Assembly (NCBI GenBank): GCA_036172245.1
Contig: JAYWIR010000017.1
Location: 1,364,001 to 1,428,000, forward strand
Source: Raillietiella orientalis
Lineage: Eukaryota
Direction of reading: 5' to 3'
DNA length: 64,000 nt
Part shown: in pieces, positions 1-11,705 of the stretch
How the letters are laid out: each line of letters opens with the position of its first letter
Numbering within the stretch: position 1 is the stretch's first letter
Translations under genes and position numbers: made by a program
Notes under the pieces: model-generated
What the model saw: the letters and a program-made list of their open reading frames with translations, nothing else
What the model was told of the DNA's origin: nothing
Database searches by the model: none

Positions 1-570
1 TTCAGTTTATTCCAAATCTCCCGCAGGCCATGGTTGCAGAACATCACTTAAAATTTGTTCTCGGAAATCTCAGCCCATGAAATCGCAAGCACGAGACCGA
101 GCTGCGTGGTACGTGAAAGAATTTTTTTTTTTTTTTTTTGCCTGGCAGCGGAAGGTGAGAGAGAGGAAAATAAAAAATGAAATTCTTCCGAGCCGCAAAC
201 TGGAGTGGCTAGAATGTGCGATCCGCAGTGGAGAATAGAAATGGAATGCAAGAAGGCAGATTCCTTGTTTTTTTGAGGTCGGAGGAGGCATCTGGCAAAA
301 ATGCGGATTTATCGCTACGGGGTTCTTCTTGCATGTCTTGGCATTTATTTCAGCTGAAAGCACACAAAAGTGAGGAGCAGGACAAAAACAACCAATCTTA
401 TTTCATAGGAGTGAACTGGTAGAGTTGCTAGCACCACTCCGAGTGGCGAAGGATTGAAAATTCATCGCTGGTGCCGTTGTCGTTTCGGCTTGGAAGAAAG
501 ATGAGCCGCTCATGCTTCCCAGGAAGAATTTTTAAACCCTGATTGATTCTAATAACTGTGTACTCCTATG

Positions 571-833
571 TAACCAAGGAGTTGCACAAGAAGAATACTC
601 CGCCCAGACGACGCACGGCTCCCTGCCCGCAGAGACTCGAGGTCGCCGAGACAAGGGGGGAGCCGCGAACGGCCGAAGGCGACCTCCCTGCCCCTCCCTT
701 TATCTGGGCTGTTTCCGGCGAAGACGGGGGGCGGAGAGAGGGCGCTCCGCGGATAAGGAAGCTGCGCTGACCCCTCTGAGCGCGGCCTCCATCCCGGGAG
801 TAGGAGACGTTCGGAGGGTTTAACCAAGGAGTT
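571..833. repeat. GC-rich ~240 bp insert bounded by a 13-bp direct repeat TAACCAAGGAGTT (TSD-flanked insert or solo-LTR-like)
   Basis: Exact TAACCAAGGAGTT at 571-583 and 821-833 with an abrupt GC rise between them. The minus strand ends ...GGTTACA, like an LTR terminus. Confidence 0.45.
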
Positions 834-899
834 CATTTGCCCAAGAAAAACTTCATCCAGTGCTTGTGTTCCCCATGGCCTCCGAATCAGGAAACAAAA

Positions 900-3800
900 A
901 AGCTTCGAAAATTAGTGGATCTTTTCCCGATTCTTTAGAAAGTTTTTTTTGGTCTTTACGGTCCATTTATGATGAAAGTCATGATTCGACACCATTGTTT
1001 CTTATGTTATACTTGAAATCATAAATTATCTGCGAGAGGAAGCACTTAAATCCAAGAGTGAACCAAATATTACGTTTTGATGGATCCATCAAGCTGAGAC
1101 ACCTCAGTACGGTTCTTTTTCAGTTTTGCCTGGAAATCATTCTTGGATCCAGTAGATACGGACAGCTTTTTCTCTCACAGCCGAGGAGCTCAAATTGGCT
1201 CGCAGCCTTGGTTTTTCGGGAGCCAAAGGTGTATCCTTAAGTGCTCCACGAGTTCATAGCACCAAAGAGTTTTCAGATATAGAAGAATCAAACCCAAGAT
1301 GTGATCGACAAACCAAATCAAGTCACTGCGCAATCTCAGCTGACCTTGCTTAACCTTTCATGTTTAGTGTTAAGGATTCTGTTTCTCTGTTAATGGGCCA
1401 ACTTGTCGTGTGGGTGCTAAATCGATTATTACCTATCGGGGTCAACTCATAGGTCTGAGTTTTCGAAGCCATTTCATGATGGATTTAATTCTTTTGTCGC
1501 AAACAAAACAAAACATGGCGATGGCAAAAAGTTCAATACGGAAGGTCTGCATGTTCCTCGGATATTTTCAGAAGGCCCCCTCAGTTTGAGAGCTTTCGAG
1601 AATCTTCTGCTGCTTTACACCTTTATCCGTCCGATAAATATAATTTAGAGATTTTCCAAAGCATGATTTTCACATAAACTTTAGCTAAAAACTTCCTCTA
1701 GTTTCAATTTTATTTTGATTATGGTTATAAGGCAGTGGGTGGTGAAAGTCATTGCTATAACCATTATGTAACCACGTAGTGACGTATCTTTAGTGGATTT
1801 CTTTCTGTGGTAATACTCGATTCCCTCCATTTCCTTATGTGTTGTTTCGCCATTTCTTCCCTTCCTTATCCACTCTTCCATCCTGTACTTTCATGAAATT
1901 TCAAAAGCAGCAAACAGTTGTGTTTGAAAATTTCGATGCTTTAGGGATTCTTTATCCTACAGAAAGGCTTCGATGATATGAATTGTTCAGGTGTATTCAT
2001 CATCTGCAACGAGTACATCCTGTATTCAGTTTTCATCATCGCTCAAGTTCCCTCCCTGGAATCATTAACACTTTTTTTGATGTGGCCCTCTTATGGGCCT
2101 CACAACCATTTTTTTCCGTTTTACCAACACGGCACATCCCGGTTAGAAATGCTTCTTGTTCTCTTCGCCACCTACTTAAGTATTCTTCACAATGATGAAA
2201 TGCTTTATGCAGATGTTCCATAGGAATCTGTTGATTCCTGATAGCCCCTTATCTAGGAATTCGATACGAATCTCATGCCGTGTCCACGTTCGTTATTTAA
2301 ATTTCGACGGGAATCAGCATAGAGATAAGCGTGTTGTTTTTATCATGAAGACAAAATGACTTTTTGTGATTATTCGTCTGATTTCATTTCAATGAGTAAT
2401 TTCATTGATTATTCAGGAATCATTCTCTTGGTTCATGCATGAAACTTGATGAGAAGCCGTTTGGAATATTAAACTTTCCATTTGTTATTAATGACCACTT
2501 GCAATTAATCACGAAATTTCAATGAAAATATTTTTTTCATTCCAAACTCTTTAAGGAGGGTAATTCTGAAACTGTCGTTTCCTGATTCTGTTGGCACCGC
2601 TTTGGCATGTTTTAAAGCACGTTTTCATGCTGAGAAATGAATTTCATAAAGGCAGGTTTCCATGCATCCAGCAGAAAGAATACAGGTCTTGCACAAGTCC
2701 TCAGGCGAAAAGTTAGCCTCTCGGTCCGACATCTTCACATCAACATACGGTGAAATTGTAAGGCTATCGTGAAGTAAGAGGCATTGCCTCAGAAGTATAG
2801 TAAGAGAGGAAGCTTGATAAAACAGCATTCCTCCATTTGAAAAAAAAAAAACAATCCTGATGCATTTCCTTTTTCAGCGAGTGAAGAGGAGAGAAAACAG
2901 AAAACTCTACCTCTTTTTGTTTGTGCTCACCTTAAAAATTTAAAAAAAAAAGTGGTACTAGGAAGGCATGATTTACGAAGTCCCAAAGAAAACGTGTATT
3001 CCTTATCATCATTAACTTCACTGCTTGATTTGTCGAGTCATTTCTTTTATTATTTTGCTTCTGTCTTGCATCCAAACGGGATTCTTTGAACTATGCATAC
3101 ATGGGAAAGGCAGCATTTCTCAAGACTATTACAATACTCGGAATAGCAGTAAATTTACAAGAAGAGAAAGCAAGCTTTTAGGCGTTCCCATTCCTCCAGA
3201 ATTTTTTTTTATTTAATGGCATGGTTTCGAAAAAGTTCCCATTCTTTGCAGTTCGATACTTCTGAACTGTTTCTTCCTACAGCATGTGGAACTAGTCATA
3301 GGAAGAATGATTTGGACAATAATTTGGCCATTTTATTTTCAACAAGTCTTTTCTACACTTTGATTTCTGGTGTTCAAGAACGTTCGACACAAATACTTTG
3401 CACAGAGTTTCTTGTCTATTTTGTTCAAAACGAGTGAAGTATGCATCTATTCATTTTCTTACATCTGTAGAAAGTGAACTGTTTGCCGCACCACCACTTT
3501 GTAGGTGGTACATTAATGGAAGCTTTGAAGAGGAAGGAAGCTGGCAGTGTTGCTATTCTTTCCCGCTTCCAGTGGATTTTCAGAACGCAATTTTCTTTCC
3601 AAGAAAGACAGCACCATCCAGTGCATGCTGATGAACAAGAGTCCAAACGACATTATCCATTCCTCAAGAGGATCATCCCCAGAACCTTACTTACGTTTAT
3701 GGTAACCATTGGAGGAGGTGAGATTCTTAGCAGCGGCGCTTGCTGGTTTTCTACGAAGGATTCGCACTTCACTGCAAAACTGCTTCTCTTCAAGCATCCA

Positions 3801-5570
3801 CTGCGTATACCATTGGTTAGCAGCATGCGATTCCTTTTGCAGTTCACTTGCAGAGATCTTTTTTCCGAGAAAACAAAAAGGCAGGCTACGTTCTAAAAGA
3901 TGTTAATATTGGCCTATGCAATTTTTCTGAAGCAAGTCTTCATACGAAACGTTTAAGGATACGTAAAGAAGATTGCCAATCGAGAGAAATCGGTTTTGCA
4001 AACCTTCTAGTTATCAGAAGTTAATTTGCTCTTTGCTCTTTTCGAAGCAGATGAATTCACGCATGTTTCGGCCACCAATGCAGCATCAGATTAAACGCAC
4101 AAATACAGAACTCCTGTCTAATGGATTTTGGCGAATTCCATTTACCAGCAGATGTATTCCCGTTGTTCAATGGTCATGCTAAAGGTAATGGAGTGTTTAG
4201 AAATGCGTACTTGGGAAAACAACTTTATGCTAGAGTGAACGTGGCTGTAGATGAATACGGAAACCAAATCATTGCGGAATGTACGAACGAATGCTTCAGT
4301 ACCACAATTTCTTGGACGTTGCTAGTAAGCCACTTCGTTAACGATCGCTGATCGGGAAAACTCCATCCTGAAGAATATGGCATGCACGTTTGTTATCCGA
4401 CCGATTATTCATCTTGTTGTAACCAGTTCTGAAAGAGGATAATAATCAGTATCTACAATAATAATCATTTACAAGTTATCGATTCGTGTTTTTACCCGAC
4501 TCGTGATACGTTGTTTCTATTATCCGTCGTTGTTGCTGTTTCTGTTATCATCTCACTGCATCTCCCATCACGGCAGCTTGGATCAACTAATCAGCACACG
4601 CCCCCCTTCTCGCTGAGAAGAGCGCTTACTGAGAAGCAAAATTTCCTTGTTCTTAAAAAACACATCATCATCATGTAGCCTTTGGAGTTTTAATGAATCA
4701 TCTGATGGCGCTTGGGAAAAAGCTGTTCAACCGTCTAAAATATCTTTTGCAAACAGATGCTCTCTGAGACAGTTCGTTGAAGATTCAGCTTTTGTCGTTT
4801 TGGTATCTTCAAACGATCCTCGACTTTCTAGCCAGCCTCCATTTCTCTCCCTGGTCCCTGTTTGTTGTGCAGTCCAAAGTTATTTGCATCTCACTCGATT
4901 TTCCGGTCAGTTCCGCCCTTGCATTGCGCAATAGTGCAACCTTGTTGCTGGAGTCCTGGGGGTTCCCTTATCTGTGGCATTTCTTCCTTTTCCATCTCCT
5001 GAAACTTTCTCGAGTTTGCTTGTTTGCGCGAACCACACCGCGGTATTGTGAACTTTGCTCCTCCTTTGCAGTACACCAGAAACAATTACATGTTTCTGGA
5101 AACGTCTTTCCTCCTCGAGGTGCGGCTCTCGAGTCCGCAGTGCAACTTTACTTTAAGGGCTCACAGACAAAAACTCCGTCTTGTTCTCTGCAGCCCTCGA
5201 TGTGAAAAGATTTACGCCTTCCTTTCTTGTGGTCAACTGAAATAGAGGTTTCTATCTCTTACGAAGGAGATGCCCCTGTTCTTCAGAACGCTTCAGGAAG
5301 CTTGAAAGAAAGCGTGTTCCTTTGCAAATGTACAAAGGAACATGCTTAGAGCAACATCAGTGGAGCAGACTAAATTGCAGATGCATGACTAGCAGGCAGG
5401 CCTTTCCTTTTGCAAGGGGGCGCGTAACAAATGGACACGTTAAAGAAAGTTTCCTTCTTCCGACACCGCTCCAAACGTAAATCTGATGGCGGTGTCTCCC
5501 AGGTACGGCAGAATCTTTTGAATGTCTTTTTCGTTTCTGGCGTTCAGCATTGCCTACCGCGGCATTCCAT
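900..5570 (-). mobile_element. Highly degraded LINE (Jockey/I-like) remnant: ORF1 zinc knuckle and RT traces
   Basis: Minus-strand motifs in the expected order: VYCKG...YRG knuckle (~5030-5090), then YLYAD (~2312-2326) followed by HLHKAFHHCEEYLSRWR (post-YADD helix). Many stops and frameshifts; boundaries approximate. Confidence 0.4.
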
Positions 5571-5579
5571 CCTACAAAC

Positions 5580-5717
5580 AATTTCAAAGATCGCTCTAAT
5601 GTTTGTCTCTCGTTCATAAGTAAAAAAGGAAAACGTGAAACTAGGAAAAGGAACTTTAAGAACGATGGTAGTGGGTTTCAAGGTCTGCTGAACTTTCTAC
5701 AAAAACATAACGTAGAA
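5580..5717 (+). pseudogene. Fragment resembling a bacterial IS110-family transposase N-terminus
   Basis: Translates (one frameshift at the start) as (IS)KDRSNVCLSFISKKGKRETRKRNFKNDGSGFQGLLNFLQKHNVE. This fits the IS110 DEDD-domain start pattern GIDxSKxxFxVCL...FxNxxxGFxxLLxxL. AT-rich. Confidence 0.5.
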
Positions 5718-5733
5718 ATCTCCTCATCTTTCT

Positions 5734-5857
5734 TATAGCCAATCAGAGAAATGTTTCCCTAAAGGGATAAAAAGGTATAATATGGTATTGAATAATAATA
5801 AATGTAGGAAAATGCCAAGACCATATAGTGAGGATCTCAGAGAACGTGTTTTGAAAG
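5734..5857 (+). mobile_element. IS630-family-like left end and truncated transposase start (MPRPYSEDLRERVLK)
   Basis: Starts TATAGC at a TA; TATAAT at 5776-5781; AGGA at 5806-5809; ATG 5812 giving the IS630 HTH start motif M..YSxDLRERV; interrupted at a TA by the next element. Confidence 0.65.
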
Positions 5858-5944
5858 TATAGCACTTCCCAAAATAAATGATAACGGTATAATATGGAAT
5901 TGATGAAATATGAGGTAAGTAATGGCATACAGTGTAGACTTAAG
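5858..5944 (+). mobile_element. Second IS630-family-like left end (MAYSVDL), inserted at a TA inside the first
   Basis: Starts TATAGC at 5858; shares GGTATAATATGG with the first copy (TATAAT 5888-5893); GAGGT at 5912-5916; ATG 5922 giving MAYSVDL, then truncated. Confidence 0.65.
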
Positions 5945-6257
5945 CATCAGACAGACGGAATCTGTCAAATCAGGAAGAAACACTCGGGTTTAAGTTTTTG
6001 CTAATTTTCAAGTATAGTTATGGGAGGGTTTCTGCAGTTAGCTTACAATGGTGTCATGAATACCCGTACTTGAGCATGGTTTTGGAAGGAACGGTCAAAT
6101 CATTGATGGAGTCTTTGTAGATTACTTCGTTTAGGAGATTGTATTATCAACCCCTCCAAGCCGAAGCGTTCCCCTATTACAAATTCAGTTGCACAGTATT
6201 TCAAGATTTTGGGGCTTCTCAACTTGTACTGACTGCCATGGACGTGTTGAATCTCTT

Positions 6258-6380
6258 TGTGAGGAGCGCCATGCTACCGCAGCCGCGGCGCTCTGTCGTC
6301 TGCGCGGTGCCGTCTCTGCAAGGTACGAGACCAGGAAAGGAGCCATTCTCCTCACAACCTGGTTCCTGCGGATCGCGTCG
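6258..6380 (+). repeat. Short TG...CA element with terminal inverted repeat followed by a PBS-like TGG (LTR-like relic)
   Basis: TGTGAGGAG (6258-6266) and CTCCTCACA (6348-6356) are reverse complements; TGG begins at 6360. Confidence 0.3.
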
Positions 6381-6638
6381 AGGTGGACGCACCTGGACGG
6401 CATAAGGAGGAAGCTCGCTGGCATCCTGCACAGGATGCAGAGGACCCAACGAAGCGGATTGAGATCCCACTCCTTCCTTCCCCTCCCTCATCTCATGCCG
6501 TTGCCTCTTTACTTTGTTTTCGTTTGCTTTTTCATTCTTCCCCATACCCTTCCGTTCCCGTCATGGACCTCGTCAGCACCCCTTCCTGAAAAATTGCCGC
6601 TGATCTCGTCTCACCGTTATCTGCAAGTTTATTTTTTA

Positions 6639-8600
6639 TAAGTGGACGTCCCGGCGTGACCGGGTTAACACTAAACTAAAGCAAATCGCACCAATACGGT
6701 GCCGACATGTTCTCGTCCCATCATTTTATCAAACGAAAACTGCAGGAAATGCACATAAGTCAGAAACTGCGTGGACTACTCCACCCGAAATTAATATTGA
6801 TCCCGGAAATCCTAGCGTTGAGGTTATTGGCAGGAGTGTTCCTCCACAGAGCGATTGCTAACTGCTTTCGTCCCCATTTATGCACTCTTCTTTCTCCAAC
6901 AGACCCACACAGTATCTTTGAGAGGCTTTTTCTGTCGCCATGCTTTACAGGAATCATGCAACTTCCAGCTGCAATTCGAAGCAGTAATCAAGTTATAAAG
7001 ATCTTCGACAAAAAAACGAGTACTCTTTCTGCTGTTATCCTGTGGCTCGCTCACCATGCAGGTATAGGGAGACGAGGCAGATAAAGTCAGAAAACTCCAT
7101 TTTATCGTCCTTAAACCAATACGACCGTATCAGTCATGCCAAATGATTCTGATTTGACTATCCGTAGAAACACCTTCTGCCCTCAATCAAGAGTGAAAAC
7201 AAGTGGGTCTCTTCATCTTCTGACTTGTGGCGTACTATCAAAAGATAAAATCTTGGGATGGTTGGTAAGCTATTTCTTTTATGCATTTCGGTATGAAAGC
7301 CAAATGCTCAATAAAAGTGTTAAACATGGAGTCTACACCGGCAGAATCCTGAACACACCATTGAACTCATCCATTGATTTTGTTGCGCATGACTCATTCT
7401 ATTCTGGAATAAGGTTAGAAGTTTATCTCCACTTCATGCGCCTCCATGATAGGAAACGTTCTTGGTTAAGCAGCGTACGCTTTGGACCGGTGCTATCAGA
7501 ATGCAGTCACGTGACTGCTGCTATAAAAACATTCAATGCGCATTCCTGCATTCCAGTCAATCACTAACCAGAAAGTTCCTTCTTTATGATCATAACCCTT
7601 TTATGGAAATATCCCTCCAGGGACGATTTATTCCTCAGTTTGTACTTCGAGGCAAGGTTCTTTCTCCAGTCGAAACATTGCACGATCCGTGTTCAGTCGA
7701 ATTTTCAGACAAATCAAACGTTCGTTTTCGTGAAACACCTCTGGAGTTAAAGAAGGGTCTCCAGCAAACGGACCTCATGATACGCGTTGCTCTGATCCCA
7801 TGATGCCGGATGGAAACTTCGCCGTCCTGCTGAAGAAGTCTTCCTGCCAAGAATTATTTGTCGGAGGTACATGTTGCATTGGCACACACAGTTTGCTTTC
7901 TCTGGGTAGGAGCAAGTTCACGGTGTTATTTGCATATTTAGTAAACAATTCATGAGATCATCATAGGTTGGATGGTCGATTCTAGCTTGCAACCAAATGG
8001 AAGGCTCAACTATGAGCTCAGATGATGACTAATTGTTTTCCAAGTCTCTCCAATCAACGACGTGAAGTCATTCAGGTGTTGCACAATTTCTAGGGCGGGA
8101 CTCGTAATTCAGCTGACAGCACTCATGCGTAGGAAAAATTCGCTCCAGGTGCTTCAGGTGGTAACAGGCGCTCTGCTTCTTTTCTTTTTCAAGGTCGTGT
8201 TTTCTCTAATACTTTCTCTAATACGTTTCTCTCTAATGCGTTTCTTGTGTATCTTACAAAAGCCATTTGTCTGCAGTGCATATAGGGTTCCAAAGTGGAA
8301 CGAAGAGAAGTAACTGAGCAACCCATAAAGCATTAACCTATGAAAACAGGCTGGCCAAAAGCAACGACAAACCTGGCGGCTTTCACGGCAAAGAGAAGCA
8401 CAGGAAACCACATCTCCAAGTTGCGAGTTTCTATGGAGAACGCTAGTGTTTTGTGGTTTATGGGGATGTGTTTGTAAACGTTTCTTGTGCTGGACCATAC
8501 TTGCCCAACCTATCATGGCTGGGAACAGATTGCTTCTTCGTTTTATCAGAAGTTGTGAGCTGAAAATCGTTTCCCAAGAACGAATGGTGTAATCTTGGAC
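6639..8600 (-). mobile_element. Degraded Helitron (Pif1-like helicase region and 3' terminus)
   Basis: Minus-strand relic motifs in order: YGLL...LQTNG (~8260-8340), Walker-A-like GETWKT (8031-8051), LLLP, IMG..PFAGD (~7755-7810), KQLAIAL..GINI (~6790-6875). Then the hairpin CCCGG/CCGGG (6650-6664), 7 nt and a CTTA end, where CTRR is expected. Confidence 0.45.
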
Positions 8601-9042
8601 TAGAGTTCAAGATGTTCGGCTTCTAAAGGCATTCTGCATGAGAATCTCCTAAATAGAAAGATTCTTAAGTGGGTGGAAGAATAAAATGCTCATTCTCAGA
8701 TTCACCTCTTCCTCCACCCCTAGTACTTCGCTCTCCAAAGAAATGCCTTGCAAACTGGAGACCAATTCCCACACTGTGTAGAAGATGTCTGTCTTGTAGA
8801 CTCTGTGAGTGCTTCACCGACAAGGAGATGAACTGTCTGAAAAACGAAGAGTTCTTACCATTAGATAGAGTCCCGGAGCACAACTTTCTTCCATTTCATT
8901 CCGAACGCTTTCAAGAGAACTAATAGCTTCACGAGGAGACGAAAGCTCTTTTCGCTTACTCAGATGACCTTTTCTGACTCTGTGTACACATGAAAGTGCT
9001 TGAGTTTTGAGTCTGTCTCTCGATCCGCACATAAAGTGGGTC

Positions 9043-9080
9043 CTACGTCACATGCCAGGGAATCCTGGCATGTGACGTAG
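9043..9080. repeat. Perfect 17-bp inverted repeat (hairpin)
   Basis: CTACGTCACATGCCAGG-GAAT-CCTGGCATGTGACGTAG read directly from the sequence. Confidence 0.9.
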
Positions 9081-10949
9081 AGAACTTTCGACGTTCAGAC
9101 CCTGAGCACTCAAAAGATGACCGAAAGAAGGAACAGCCTGCACTTTCGAGTGAACGTCTTTTTTCCCTAAAAACTCCGGACCATGTCTAAACTATGAAAG
9201 CTCGAATCTTGGAGACCTTCGGGAAAGTTTTATGCCTCCTTCGAGTCTTCTGCTTTAACCAGCACAAGACTGGCACATTGCAGGATTTTTGGGCCGAATT
9301 TCTTGAGAGCAATTGAACATTCCCAACGAGATTTTCGGTGAGCTTACAACCACATGTCCCCATCCGTTCTACGAGACCACCCCCTGTTCTTTCAGGGAAT
9401 GCCCCGGTACAGGTACGAATGGAGTTTGATCGATACTGGAGCTACTCTGAAACCTTCGTATGCGTGTGGCTCTGGGTGCGACCCGGCTGACTGAAACCTC
9501 GGCCAGCATGTTATCATCCGGTACCCTCGAGGTCACCTTTTCAGATGCCACCGAATTCCCAGAAGAAGTCCAGGAATCGGCTGCCTGGCCAGCTTTTAAC
9601 TTCGGTAGCTGCCACCGGCCGTTGGGTTTTGGAATTTAAGGTGACCTGCCAATACCACACCACGAGTTCTGAGCGCCATCTCACGATCCTACGATTTGCA
9701 CCCTTTGTGCCTGCCTACCGATGTCTTGGCGTTCATCTGCCCTCCTTGAGGTGTCTTTGGATCATACCATTGGCACCATCGTCCCCCTTGACCGAAGATT
9801 AAGTGCTCCGACACGCTGTTTCGCCACTTCCATCCCTCAGATTCTTCCCATCTCTTCCTCGAAAGTCTCCAGAAACATAAAATGAATTTCGGGACCTGGG
9901 ATTTCATTAAAAAGGAGGGAAAAAAAAAGTCATTCGACGGTCGGATTGATCATGTTTCTATCTTTGAGTTAGAACGGAGCACTTTCCTTTGCATTTCGGA
10001 CCCAAGTGTTTCTCGTTGACGTGAGTTAATGTTGGGAGCCAACCCCCCTGTGAAGAAAGTGTTTAGATGGGGTACATCGTATTGGCAATTGGCTGCTCCT
10101 CGTGACCTCTCTCAGTGAAGAAATCTCCCTTATGCTGGCCATCGAAAAAGGACAGGGGAGACTGCCCGACCGTTTCGAGGCCGCAAGATTCGTCATCCCC
10201 GCAGGACATAGGAGGAGGAGAAGGAGGAGAGAGTTGTGGAGCCTTTTTTCCCCTCCGTGACTGGAGATATCTCCAGAGATCTACCCCGTCTACCCTGAAA
10301 TCAGTTGTGTTGCCTCACGAATCCTGAAGAAGGAAGGAAGAAGAGGGGGGAGGGAAATTGCGTCCTACAAGGTCCGGATGCACCGTGGAACCGTCGCCAC
10401 ATCTCGCGGCTGATGCCGCAACACGTTACTGAATGCCGTGCCTCGGGCGCCAGGTCGCGTTTTTTTTTGCAAGAGAAGAGCATACTCGGATGGGGGAGGG
10501 GTGAAGATGTCACGGCAAGCTGCCGAGCTCTGTCATCCCAGGCAGGTACTCAACGGCGCATCCTGGTAAGCTGCCGCACTTCTCAAGCCCTCCCAGTGAA
10601 CGGAGCCGCAGGAGGATGTTTTCAAGGACCACTCTCAGCAAGAAATCTCCTCGGAACTTTGCCTGCTGCTTCAGACCACGCCTCAATCTGACCGAAGCTC
10701 CTCGATAGCTCTTCGCCGACGCAGAAACCTCCTTCGAGAGACATCCCGACCGCAGGAGGTGAGCGCTCTCTAGCAGATCCTGGAAAAAAGATGATGCTGA
10801 GGGACCATCATCTTCCAACAGGACGGTTAGGCAGCTCAGTTCCGACGAATCAAGTGTGGACTCAGTTCAACACTGGTCCACGCTTGGTTCACAGGTCGCC
10901 CAAGGGTGCGTTGTGTGAACTCTTCAAGTTACAGGGGGTACCCTGGGAA

Positions 10950-11705
10950 GGAAACACCCTATGAATCCAGGAAGGCCCCAGAGAAAGGAATTCGTTCCTC
11001 TCACGCCTAGGAGGGATCCTTGAAGAGGAGCCTTGCCCTGGTTAACTCCTCAATGAGGGGGTGACCCGTAGGAACCACCCTATAAATCCATGAAGGGATC
11101 CGGAGAAGGTAGTCCGTTCCTCTCACGCCTGGGAGGAGTTCCTGAAGGGAATTTCCTTCCTTATTCTTTCCGAAGGGACTCCTGGAGGGGACAGCTTCTT
11201 TGTTTTTTTCCCGGAGGGCACCCACAAGGGATCCACTCCCGGTTTCTTCCTTTGAAGAGAATCCCGAAGGAACGCTCTTCAGTTTTCTCTGAAGGGCACC
11301 TCCTCGAAGGGAACAGCGCGCTTCTTCACACTCTGAAGAGGCATCAACCAACCAGCTCCATGTCACGAGATGTAGAGTCCTTTTCCCCGAGGGAAGAGCG
11401 GAGGAACAGTTCCATTCTCACTATCAGAGGGGAACCCCGAGGCTCCTTGTTTCAAGAAAAACTCCCGGAGAGTCCACTTCCAATCCCAGACCAGGTTAAT
11501 GGGGTCATCCGGAACCATCCGGCTTCCACCAGTGCCGCAGCCGAAGCCTATTATATAGGGCCAACCAGCGTCATCTTGCAGAGTAGACTCGAAACCCGCG
11601 ACACACACCCCGTTCTTGGTATCGATCCTTCCCCGGGAGGGATTCGAACGCGTGGCCCTCGGTGCCACGCGCGCGGAGACAACAGTCACACATGGACGCC
11701 CACGT
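10950..11705 (-). mobile_element. tRNA-derived SINE-like element, copy 1 (with ~120 bp internal tandem duplication of its 3' part)
   Basis: Pol III B-box GTTCGAATCC on minus (11640-11649) and a second B-box-like site at ~11587-11597. Homologous over ~600 bp to 61040-61645 in the opposite orientation. Duplicated unit at ~10956-11030 and ~11077-11150. Confidence 0.65.

Noticed and set aside
27..421. Exons of an upstream gene (acceptor-like sites at ~26 and ~353)
   Set aside because: Short frames with early stops and no recognisable protein; could be UTR exons but unsupported.
5734..5944. CRISPR-like repeat-spacer array
   Set aside because: Only two units, sharing short promoter blocks rather than a full repeat; better explained as IS ends; no cas genes.
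11580..11705. tRNA gene
   Set aside because: A B-box is present but I could not build a cloverleaf; it is the head of a dispersed repeat.
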